From: Chara braunii
Lineage: Eukaryota > Plantae > Charophyceae
NCBI GenBank assembly: GCA_003427395.1
Contig: BFEA01000042.1
Coordinates: forward strand, 2,173,194 to 2,237,193
Direction of reading: 5' to 3'
Length of the DNA stretch: 64,000 nucleotides
Below the pieces are notes generated by a model. It saw only the letters and a list, made by a program, of their open reading frames with translations, did no database searches and was not told the DNA's origin. A program made the position numbers and the translations under genes. Positions 49,901 to 60,399 of the stretch are shown here, in pieces (the first letter of the stretch is position 1; each line of letters opens with the position of its first letter).

Positions 49901-50966
49901 GGCGCGTGTCAGCCGACACTTGAGTGTCGAACACGACCCTCGAGATTAAGGAGGACCGTGCGAGTATGGATATTACATGGTACGTCATCATTGCGACTGC
50001 TCGCGTATGTCTGCATTGCGAGCCGATATGGGTTAGCCCTGCGCTCGCGCAGTTTTATACTAACTCGCGCGCGCGACACTTGTCAGATTTCCGTGTCGGG
50101 AAGTTATGGGTTGGCTACCGAGGGGCTAGGAGCATTGTCGCATTGTGTCTCGTGTCGTGTGTATGTGTGTGTGTGTGTGTTTTATTTTTGTGTTCGTAGA
50201 GTGGTGTGCGCGTGGTGTGTGGAATGCGTCCTAGTCGACCGACGACGAGTCGTGCTTGGGACCTCAGCCCCCCAAGATGTCGGTTCGCGTGCAGGTCCGA
50301 TAGGTGAATTACCACGCGTACCCCCTATGCTACAGCGAACGAGAAACGCCCTCGGCTGGTCCACCTCTGCGATTGCAACTGATTAACTTTCGTATTGTGG
50401 ACTGGTAGCTCGGCGGGGATACGCCCACCGAAGGGAGGTGACAGCTCCCGTAAGGTGGAGGTAAGTTGTGCCTCACGTAGGCCCTATTCTGTCGTAGGGG
50501 CTCGCGAGAGGTATGGCTGGCGCACTCGGCCGGAGCGGCCTAAGGAAGCTCTATTTGTGCGTTCGTATCGAGGTGGGTCCAACTCCTGCGTGACGCGGCC
50601 GAGAGGGTCCCGCGCTGCCACGTGCGGTGCTGGATCGATGCGCTCGACACCGGACACAAGAAAAAAAANNNNNNNNNNNNNNNNNNNNNNNNNNNNNNNN
50701 NNNNNNNNNNNNNNNNNNNNNNNNNNNNNNNNNNNNNNNNNNNAAAAAAAAAAAAAAAAAACGCCTTCTTTTTCGATGCGGGGACGGTGCTGGCTTCTAC
50801 CGATTTTAGCAACTTCTTTTTCGCCGCGGGTCGCGGAACACCTGTCACGTACACTTTTGTTTTCACTTACTGCCGAACTCGACGGGGAGACCTACAAAAT
50901 CGAAAAGTAATCGGATCCCGTCAAAATCAGTAGACTACGCTCCGTAGCAGTAGTCGGATCAGCCCC
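43945..50966. mobile_element. 7.0-kb TIR element, Harbinger-like ends, no recognisable transposase (element 2 of the chain)
   Basis: TIR GAGGCTGATCCGACTACT / AGTAGTCGGATCAGCCCC (17/18); TAA at 43942-43944 and 50967-50969; contains one N gap (50669-50743). Confidence 0.75.
47315..48139 (+). repeat. Array of 10 stem-loops with invariant TAAGAT loop
   Basis: Loops begin at 47331, 47396, 47473, 47558, 47632, 47712, 47826, 47922, 48024 and 48119; core (T)CCA-TAAGAT-TGGA or GTTC-TAAGAT-GAAC; unit-specific complementary flanks. Confidence 0.9.
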
Positions 50967-50969
50967 TAA

Positions 50970-51371
50970 GAGGCTCGCCGCACAGGCTGTAGAAAACCCG
51001 GTTTTCGACAATTTTGCATCGCAACACAGACTTTCGAAGAATTGCAGCTCAAAAAACTTTCAACAGGTGTCGGAATGGTAGTTTCGACAGCCGCCCTCCA
51101 GCAACAGTTTCCTCCCGCCTGCAGGTGATGGAAATTCGACAGTGCCCCGCCGAGCTTTCGAAAAAATTGCGTTCGAATTTGCGTTGTCAGGGTCGAATTT
51201 GCGTTGTCTGGGACTGTTCCGTCACCGTCGTCCGCCTGGCCATGACCAAAAACCTTGCCCCTCGACAGCCGGTGTGGCGAAGGGGGGGTAAACTGTAGAC
51301 CACTGACTTTCAATTTTTTTCTGACACCTGTCGAAACTCTTTGAGTTTCGACAGCCTGTGTGGCGAGCCTC
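50970..51371. mobile_element. Harbinger-like MITE (element 3 of the chain)
   Basis: TIR GAGGCTCGCCGCACAGGCTGT / ACAGCCTGTGTGGCGAGCCTC; TAA on both sides. Confidence 0.9.
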
Positions 51372-51374
51372 TAA

Positions 51375-51906
51375 GGCTTGGACCCCACTGGCCAGCAGCG
51401 TGGAAAAGTTTTGGCGAGGAAGTGTTTTTCAGACCCCACAGGTGTTGGAAACCGTCGTGGAAAGCCGGCCCGGAAAGGAATTTCAGACCCCACTGCAGTT
51501 GGAAAGAGGTCGTGGAAAAGCTGACGGGGCGTTTCTACTCGGCTCGCGGTTTGGAAATTTTTGGCAACGAGTTTCCAAACAGTTTCCAAGGACGGCTCCA
51601 GACGAGTAGGGGGGGGGGCATGGAAAACAGTTTCCAGGATCGGGCTGGACGTCATGGCGTTTTGTAGAAACTTCATTGGCTGCACAAGCAGACCATGGAC
51701 CACAGCCCCTGCCGGGCTTGCCTTTTTGGGAAACACCCCGGTGCAATTTCCTATTCGGGATGCCCAAACTTTTCCAATGCCGAAACTATCGGCCTGCGGT
51801 GGGGTCCCAATAAAACGAGGAAGAATGTTTCCAACCACGGTCGGCCATTTTTTATGGCCAACACCAGTTTCCAACTTTCCAGCCGCCGGCCAGTGGAGTC
51901 CAAGCC
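51375..51906. mobile_element. Harbinger-like MITE (element 4 of the chain)
   Basis: TIR GGCTTGGACCCCACTGGCC / GGCCAGTGGAGTCCAAGCC; TAA at 51372-51374 and 51907-51909; many internal TGGAAA/TTTCCA motifs. Confidence 0.9.
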
Positions 51907-52006
51907 TAAGGAGCGTTTCCATACCATTTCTCTCTCCATTTATACTTTTTTTTTTTTTTTTTTGGACCATTTATACTTTTTCGAAGATATGGAGAAAAAA
52001 AAAAAA

Positions 52007-52066
52007 TCTCTGCCTTAAATTTGTGGCTACCATCAAGTGTAGTATATGTGCTGATCAGGTCAATAT
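52007..52066 (+). pseudogene. Degenerate U2 snRNA fragment
   Basis: TGGCTACCATCAAGTGTAGTATATGTGCTGATCAGGTCAATAT vs U2 TGGCTAAGATCAAGTGTAGTATCTGTTCTGATCAGTTTAATAT; followed by an A-run. Confidence 0.7.
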
Positions 52067-53169
52067 GAAGAAAAAAAAAAAAAAAAAAAANNNNNNNNNN
52101 NNNNNNNNNNNNNNNNNNNNNNNNNNNNNNNNNNNNNNNNNNNNNNNNNNNNNNNNNNNNNNNNNNNNNNNNNNNNNNNNNNNNNNNNNNNNNNNNNNNN
52201 NNNNNNNNNNNNNNNNNNNNNNNNNNNNNNNNNNNNNNNNNNNNNNNNNNNNNNNNNNNNNNNNNNNNNNNNNNNNNNNNNNNNNNNNNNNNNNNNNNNN
52301 NNNNNNNNNNNNNNNNNNNNNNNNNNNNNNNNNNNNNNNNNNNNNNNNNNNNNNNNNNNNNNNNNNNNNNNNNNNNNNNNNNNNNNNNNNNNNNNNNNNN
52401 NNNNNNNNNNNNNNNNNNNNNNNNNNNNNNNNNNNNAAAAAAAAAAAAAAAAAAAAAAAAGATATGGAAAACAGATTTCTCCGGCATTAAATTTGTGGTT
52501 CTCTTTTTTTCCATTTGTTTTGAATTTTTAACTTACAACTGTGTCACACCATTGAGCTACGTGGACTCAACTCAGCGATGTAAGTGGGACTTGGGACTTG
52601 TGACTGGGCCCCAGGTAGAAGATGTACGGGGGGGCCTGACTGGCACCGACAGCTGAGGATGAAAGACAAGGCATGCCGAAGGCTAGAACATTTAGTTTGG
52701 GCCTTATGGCGCTTACACAGAGGCTGCGGGGACCACTGGGAACTGAGACTGGGCCTTACGCAGAAGCTGCAGGAACTGAAGCCTGCTGGAGTTACTGACG
52801 CTGAGGGAACTCAAGGGCCATTCGGTTAAAATGGACATTGTTTATTTTTAGAACAAAATTGAAACCGAGTTTTTTGGCCGAAAACCTGGTCCAAATTTGC
52901 TGCTCTTGAGGGTCCGGTGTTCCTAAAATGCTGGACCCCCTGGATGTATGAGGACTTAGCTTGAGACCAGATGCATCCAGGCGGTTACTGGCAGATGGAA
53001 CTAACAGCTACTATAGGAGAGATGACCGCCGACGAGACAATATTAGGCGGTAGACTGGGTGATGACACGTACTATAGAGGAGGTGGTGGAGGCGGGGGAT
53101 ACTACCGTAATAGGTATATTAGCCGTTTTAAAGGCTCACCACACAGGCTGTCGAATACTGCTTACCTCC

Positions 53170-55068
53170 ATAGACACATGCCACAAGGCATATGGGGAGG
53201 TATCACTCGTGCTTGGCGTCGCTGTGTTCCCTCCCTGCTACCCCCACCAATGCTGGCAGATAGAATCCTTACACAGCCGTTGTTCAACAATCTGGCCATT
53301 CTTACTCCGAAAGGTGTCCCCTTTCCCTCTTTTGGTCCAGGGGCTTTTGGGGACTCTTGGATGGCAAGGGGAGTGGGGACCCTAATGGATATCTGGGATA
53401 TACAACAGCGGGACTGGAAGCCGGCGAGTGACCTGGCACCAGTGCTGATAGGTCTGTGGCACCAGACCCAGCACTTGCTCTCGCTGCAACAAGCGACCCC
53501 ACAACATTGGCAACAATGCCTGTGCTCTGGTCTGCCTCTGCGTCCAGGGGGCTGGTATAAGACATCAGGAGACCGTGATCCACAATACCTGTGGCAGAAA
53601 CAAGAAACTGGCGAACTGATTTGTTGGAGCACATCCTCTTCCCCTCGTTCGTTGGGTTTGGAGATGCAGTTGCCGGAGATTCCTGTGCCTCCACCGCAAC
53701 ACATGGAGATGCAACCGGTGTGTGTCTTGGAGACTCCTACAGGCTATCGCCCCTTTTGTTTAGCACAGCCATCATACGCCCTGCCTGTGGACCCCAAGGA
53801 TTGGGGTTGGATGATAGATTCCAGAGAGCAGCAACTGGTTTTTCTCTATCAATACACCACAAAGCTGGGATACAAGCTGATGAGACCGCAGATTGATGTT
53901 AACTGGACGGTGGCCAAAAGATGGATGGCTACAGGATGGATACAAGACATGCTCCCAAGGCTCGTCCAGGGCTTCTCAAGGTATTGGAAACTGCTGCTGG
54001 ATCTTCCAGTGGTTAAACACGCGAGTCAATTGTGGCTAGTGGCTCACCTTGCTGTACCTACAGCTATGTGGTGCGCTCGGCGTACAGCAAAAGCTACACC
54101 TCTTTGTAGTCTGTGCCCCGGGACAAGGATTGAGGACCTCCAGCACATGCTATTACACTGTGACCTCTCAAGGCCCTGCTGGGAATGGTGGAGATCAGGA
54201 ACAGTCCCGAGACCGTACCCGGCGGAAAGATGGACCAACGACTTTATCCTTCTGGGGGCGGCCACACGGCGTCAGCAGGTGAAAGGACCGTTGGTCTTCC
54301 CCGAAGAGACTCTTCGGGGATCTGTGTTGTGGACACTCTGGACACTCAGGAACTCTGCGATCTACAGGGGCGAAAGATTGACTCCAGCAATGATTCGAGC
54401 TGGGGTCAAATTCGGCATAAAACAGACCATCTCAACTGAGTGGTCTTTCAAAGTCCAAAAAAAAGGATACTCATCGAAGGCATTGAGAACCTTCCTTCAA
54501 CACTGGGATAGATTCCCTGACCTGCTTAAAGTGCAGTCATCTCAGGGCGCCCAGCCACAGATTCAATTTTCCTCCTCCTTTGTTGCCTGACAAAAGTACA
54601 GTGTTTACTGCATTTGGCCCTTTTGTCTCTTTGTTGCCTTGCTTTTTTGCAAATTTAGTAAATTTAGTAATAAATAGTGCCACCCGTTGTGGTCTNGCAA
54701 ATTTAGTAAATTTAGTAATAAATAGTGCCACCCGTTGTGGTCTTTCTTTTGCCCTTCCAAACTTTTGGTGGCCGGCTGGTGTGTAGGTTGGGTCACCTTT
54801 TTGTTGAATAGTCCAGTTTGCTATAAGATTTTGAATTTCAGATGACTTTTGATTTTAGGTTTGATCTTAGGTTAGTCTTAGGCTTGGTAAGGAATAGACA
54901 AGGAATAGATGGTTGTCCTCTTTCCTCTTCTCCTTTTTTGGAACTTCGCGACTCCTGCTATGGGCTGGGCCGGTGATGCCTTGTTCATAATCGGGAGTTG
55001 CCTGCATATATGTGAGGGACGCCGGGCCCGTTTCCCGGTATGTACAATAAAAAAGATCATAAAAAAAA
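53170..55068 (+). mobile_element. 5'-truncated LINE (family B-like): open C-terminal ORF2 part to 54590, 3' UTR, hairpin and poly(A)
   Basis: QPLFNN..I, DIWD, LCSLCP...EDLQHMLLHC, EETLRGSVLWTLWTLRN; hairpin at 55016-55039, then an A-rich tail. The first ~65 aa of ORF 52971-54590 are unrelated flank. Confidence 0.92.
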
Positions 55069-55290
55069 GGAAAAGCAGGTCTTAGACAATTTTGCATCGC
55101 CACACATTCTGAGACAAGACAGACTTTTCGGAGAATTGCGGCTCAAAAAAAAATCAACAGGTGTCAGAATGGTGCCTACCCTTGTTTTTTTTCCTTTTTC
55201 TTTTTAACGGTGACCACCTTGAGATATTATCATTTGAGCTGACCGCCCCCACGCAATTCAGAAATATTCGGTGTTACCCATCAAGTGGTT

Positions 55291-55360
55291 CCATCATCTG
55301 GATTCGAACTTGGGTCTGTACTTCAACAGTTCAATGGTGCACCCACTGAGCTAGGCTCTG
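55291..55360 (-). mobile_element. tRNA-like SINE head / tRNA pseudogene; diverged relative near 62935-63000
   Basis: A-box TAGCTCAGTGG and B-box GTTCGAATCC on the minus strand; no acceptor stem. Confidence 0.55.
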
Positions 55361-55872
55361 GTGCACCTACCATTTTTTTTATTATTATTTTTTTTTTTTT
55401 TTTTGAATGGGCCCAGTGCCCAAGGCTCCAATTATGAATTTGAATACAACATTTAACCACACGCCTACCAATTTTTGATGATGATCGTTGGGTTCTTCTT
55501 CGCAGTTGGTTGGTTCAATTTCTATTTGGTGCTACGGTTTGTGGTGCCCGGTGGTCCAGTTTTTGGGCGTGACCGGTGGTATCTCCCCCATAAACAGGAC
55601 CACCTTCCTTTTGTAAGGGAAGCCAGGCCCGTTTCCTGGCCTTTTGTCAACAAACAAAAAAAAAGAGGGAAAATTTGTCTGGCGCCCATGTAATTTCCAT
55701 TATTTCGCATCGCAGCCCTCCGACGGGCCACTTACCCTGTCGGGCCCCTGGGGCCTCTGAACTTTCCTGCATGCCCCTGTCGGCAAGGGGCACTACTTTC
55801 CGTGGTGCCCTTACTGGATGGCCAGTCTCATTTCACAGGTCCCTGTGCGATATGCCCTCATGAGCGGCATAC

Positions 55873-55941
55873 CCCTTCCTGGCGCAAGAAATTCGGATTT
55901 GAAGCACGTGGTCTTTGTGGCGCTGCCACAAAAATGACCCT
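55873..55941 (-). CDS. Putative internal exon of an unknown host gene
   Basis: Acceptor (CT)n(CA)nCAG|A, donor GG|GTATGC; GSFLWQRHKDHVLQIRISCARK(G); its phase 2 end joins the exon at 38457 in frame. Confidence 0.4.
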
Positions 55942-55943
55942 CT

Positions 55944-55986
<43 letters not shown>

Positions 55987-56072
55987 CAGAAATAAGATAG
56001 AAGACCAGAGAACACGACCCAGAACAGAACATGAAGGACAAAGTGTGATGAGAAACATGGAGATGACGAGAC

Positions 56073-56156
<84 letters not shown>

Positions 56157-57095
56157 NNNNNNNNNNNNNNNNNNNNNNNNNNNNNNNNNNNNNNNNNNNN
56201 NNNNNNNNNNNNNNNNNNNNNNNNNNNNNNNNNNNNNNNNNNNNNNNNNNNNNNNNNNNNNNNNNNNNNNNNNNNNNNNNNNNNNNNNNNNNNNNNNNNN
56301 NNNNNNNNNNNNNNNNNNNNNNNNNNNNNNNNNNNNNNNNNNNNNNNNNNNNNNNNNNNNNNNNNNNNNNNNNNNNNNNNNNNNNNNNNNNNNNNNNNNN
56401 NNNNNNNNNNNNNNNNNNNNNNNNNNNNNNNNNNNNNNNNNNNNNNNNNNNNNNNNNNNNNNNNNNNNNNNNNNNNNNNNNNNNNNNNNNNNNNNNNNNN
56501 NNNNNNNNNNNNNNNNNNNNNNNNNNNNNNNNNNNNNNNNNNNNNNNNNNNNNNNNNNNNNNNNNNNNNNNNNNNNNNNNNNNNNNNNNNNNNNNNNNNN
56601 NNNNNNNNNNNNNNNNNNNNNNNNNNNNNNNNNNNNNNNNNNNNNNNNNNNNNNNNNNNNNNNNNNNNNNNNNNNNNNNNNNNNNNNNNNNNNNNNNNNN
56701 NNNNNNNNNNNNNNNNNNNNNNNNNNNNNNNNNNNNNNNNNNNNNNNNNNNNNNNNNNNNNNNNNNNNNNNNNNNNNNNNNNNNNNNNNNNNNNNNNNNN
56801 NNNNNNNNNNNNNNNNNNNNNNNNNNNNNNNNNNNNNNNNNNNNNNNNNNNNNNNNNNNNNNNNNNNNNNNNNNNNNNNNNNNNNNNNNNNNNNNNNNNN
56901 NNNNNNNNNNNNNNNNNNNNNNNNNNNNNNNNNNNNNNNNNNNNNNNNNNNNNNNNNNNNNNNNNNNNNNNNNNNNNNNNNNNNNNNNNNNNNNNNNNNN
57001 NNNNNNNNNNNNNNNNNNNNNNNNNNNNNNNNNNNNNNNNNNNNNNNNNNNNNNNNNNNNNNNNNNNNNNNNNNNNNNNNNNNNNNNNNNNNNNN

Positions 57096-57171
57096 TGTCC
57101 ATTGCAAAAGATCACCAGCCACTGGCAGCCAGTCTGAGAGACAACCAGGTCAGCCACAGCCTGCCTCAGCT
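57096..57171 (-). CDS. Putative exon of an unknown host gene (runs into gap)
   Basis: Acceptor CTGTTCTCTTCAG|AG; only one frame is open: LRQAVADLVVSQTGCQWLVIFCNG. Confidence 0.45.
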
Positions 57172-57362
57172 CTGAAGAGAACAGGCAGCTGTGTGTACTC
57201 TGTCTGTCTGTCTGTGTGTGCCTGTGTGTATGTGGGTGTGGGAGGGACAGAGACTGAGAAAGATGTCCTTGGCGAAGTCCGCAGGCAGCTGTGTGTACTC
57301 TGTCTGTCTGTCTGTGTGCCTGTGTGTATGTGTGTGTGGGAGGGACAGAGAGTGAGGAAGAT

Positions 57363-57456
57363 GTCCTTGGCGACATCTGTCCGTTAAAAATTAAAATTGA
57401 AACGATACAGAGAATGAAGATTAGCATGGGCCCTGTGCAAGAATGACACACCCAAG
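57363..57456 (+). pseudogene. U6: U6 snRNA pseudogene (diverged, 3'-truncated)
   Basis: GTCCTTGGCGACATC...AAAATTGAAACGATACAGAGAA(TGAA)GATTAGCATGGGCCCTGTGCAAGAATGACAC: ACAGAGA box, AGC triad and ISL recognisable, with indels; A-run follows. Confidence 0.85.
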
Positions 57457-58117
57457 AAAAAAAAGGGGACACTGTCAGAAAGAAAGAGAGAGAAAGACAG
57501 GAACAGACAGACAGAGCGAAAGAGAGACCCTTCTTTCTTCTTTCTTTTTTTCCCTTTTTTGAGGAAAACTGTGGCTTTGTCACAACTTTTAGGGCCTACT
57601 CACACGCTACGACGTTTTTTTTATGCACGTATATTGCACGGAACTGTGGCCAGATACATCCAGGCATGGCATACTGACTAGTGTGAGCACGCCGTAGTTT
57701 GAAATAGGCAAGAAAAAAGATAAAAGTGGCGCTGCAGTCAGGTCCTGGGTTTCAAAATGCGCAAGTTTAGCGCTGGTTTAAAACTGTGCCAGTTTCTTTT
57801 TCTTCTTTTTTTTTACTGAATGCAGTTTTTGGGTTGCCTTTTCTGCCATTTCTCGGGAACTGCTAATTGAAAGTTGGCCCTTCTGAACATGGGGTGTGGC
57901 TTTTTTTTTTCTTTTCCCTGCAGCTAAATGCTCCAATCTATTTCTCAGTTTCTCCAATTTCTCAAAAAAGACGATGTATACGGGATGCTGGACCCAGTTT
58001 CCAGCAGGTGCAGCTCCCCACCAATAGAATGGAGCCAACAGGTGGTCTGCTAGGGGTGGGGAAGTATTTCACCATCCCTAGCAGAACCAGCTGGGTTTAA
58101 ATTTAAAAAAATATAAA

Positions 58118-58166
<49 letters not shown>

Positions 58167-58469
58167 CTCTGATCTATTGGTGGCCAGGGGAGCAGCACCT
58201 GCTAGAAACTGGGTCCAACGTCCTATCAACAAACATAATAATTGCAAAAGACTTGAAATGAGTTTAGAACTGGAGACACAAAATGAGGCAATGTAGGCTA
58301 GCAAAACGAGCTGCATGAATGCCATGAACAGATCGCGAGGGACCTACCCCTCCTACCCCTCCCACTGGCTCAGGACGAGGTTGGGCAGGTGAGTATCAAT
58401 ATTAACAACAACGCTATTATCAGGGGTGCTACGACGGCAGGCTGTGAAGACGAGGATAACACCTGCGTC

Positions 58470-58545
<76 letters not shown>
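58470..58545. repeat. (AAC)n microsatellite within a low-complexity region (58400-58750)
   Basis: ~24 consecutive AAC units. Confidence 0.95.
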
Positions 58546-59411
58546 ATAACAAGGACATCAACGACAAGATCAACATGAACAATATCAACAAAGTCAACAA
58601 GGTTGAAGACGATGTCATCAACAACAACAACAGCGACTGTGCGACGGCGCTACTTCCACCAACAGTGGTGTCAACGGTGCCAGTATTGCTGGCGGCAACA
58701 ATGACAACAGAAGCAACGGCCGAGACAACAACAACAACAATTACAATAACATCATCGGCACTGGTGAAAACGAAGACCATTGCGATGCAACCAGCACAGG
58801 GGGAGAGGAGTGGGGATCTGACGAGGACGGAGAGGAGGGGTTTCTTCGCCGTCTATTTCATTCTGGAACTGCTCTTTGATGTTCGGCGGCGGATGGGAGT
58901 AGGATAGTGGTTGTACCCCCTGTTGATTGGAGTCGTCCGGCCCATGATTCCAACCAACAAGGGGCGCTGACTGCCCCCCCGGTAGGCAGAGGTAGTCTAG
59001 GGTTTTGCAGGTTGTAGTGTTTGATGTTTCCTTGACCGAGATGGATGATGAAAATGTCTTTCGTTTGCAATTGGATTCGATGGCAGGAGGTTAACTCTTT
59101 TCTGCTGATTGAGCTAGGGTTTCGTGAGTCAGATCTGCTGAGTGAGTGTTTGATGGCAGGAGGTCAATCCTTCTCTCTTGATGGGAAGTAATCAATGCCC
59201 CTGCTAATTAGTGACCTGATCACATCTTCATACATCCTTGGATAGGGACGCTGGACTTGATTTCCAGCTGACACTTACCATATCATCTTGATGGCAATAG
59301 CATATATACAATTACAGACACAACCGCACATGACGACTAGGGGATAGATAGTAACGAGATAATCAACAGATTGCGATTGCAATACTCTCATTTTTTACAT
59401 TGTACCTCCTA

Positions 59412-59527
59412 GGGACGCTGGACCCAATTTCCAGCAGGTGCTGCTCCCCACCAATAGATGGAGCCTCCCCGATGGTGCTGGTGGTGTCTGCTCTAACCAG
59501 CATCCCTAGCAACCGTTCGGGCTGTTT
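59412..59527 (+). mobile_element. Most complete copy of the short three-hairpin retroposed element
   Basis: Stems GCTGGA/TCCAGC, GCTCC/GGAGC and GCTGGTGGTGTCTG/CAGCATCCCTAGC; A-rich tail; partial copies near 15450, 30070, 32682, 34289, 36258, 37226, 42405, 57982, 58170, 59244, 60116 and 63843. Confidence 0.8.
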
Positions 59528-60219
59528 TTTGTATAAAAAAATAAAAATAAAAATAAAAAGGACGAGGTTGGGCAGAGGGGGGCTAGGGCTCTTGCAGCCA
59601 GAGACCAGCCTGCAGGGGGCGACCAGGGGAGGCTGGATTCCTAGCTACTTACCTGCACACCCCCCCCCCCCCCCCCCCCCCCTTTTTTTTGTTTTTTTAT
59701 TTTTATTTTTCTTTTTCTTTTCTGCTCTCTTGGATCTGACATGACTTGGGAGCCTGCATTCATGCCTTGCTTCTTTCTTTCTTTCTTTTTCGGGAAAACC
59801 TGTGCAGATCTGCTAGGGAAGGTGATAAGAGCAGCCTTCCCTACTAGCAGCCTGCTGGTAGCCGCTAGCAAGGAGTAACTTCAGTAGTAGAGTCACAAAA
59901 AAAAGGAGTTATAATTGCACTAGGGGGCAAGATACAGTTTGCAATGCACTTCTGGCACCCTACACCTGGCCAGAAAGCTAGGTTGTATACATAGCCCGAA
60001 CTGCAAATTGAATTCGAAACTGTATCTTAGCCCATAGTGCAATTATAACTAATTTCTGTGACTCTCGCCAAGTTTCCCCTAAGAGCAATCGCCCCTACCA
60101 CCCCCAGTACTAAGACTCCATCTATATTGGTGGGGACTCTGGGGAGCGTCATCTGCTGGAAAAAAACGGGTCCGCTTCCTGACAACGCAAGCAGGAAACC
60201 AACAACCTCTCTAACCAGG

Positions 60220-60314
60220 GGCTAGGTCCCGCTTGCACGAATGAAGAGATACTGACCGTAGATAGCAAAAATCAACCGCCGAAATCTCCTAATTTGCGCA
60301 AGTGGGACCTTGCC
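60220..60314. mobile_element. CCWGG-type mini-MITE
   Basis: TIR GGCTAGGTCCCGCTTGC / GCAAGTGGGACCTTGCC; CCAGG at 60215-60219 and 60315-60319. Confidence 0.82.
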
Positions 60315-60399
60315 CCAGGCTGGGGGCGTTAATATAAGTTACATAAAAAATGCAAATTGCAATTAGCAGAATTTGCATCGATGCAAATTGAAATTGACT

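Noticed and set aside
54647-54742. ~47-bp tandem duplication
   Set aside because: Identical copies separated by a single N; typical scaffold overlap artefact.
55736-55872. Exon extension to a strong GTAAGT donor at 55735
   Set aside because: All three frames from the 55941 acceptor hit stops before it.
58370-58907. Poly-Asn / poly-Leu proteins
   Set aside because: Translations of an (AAC)n microsatellite; no domain or splice support.
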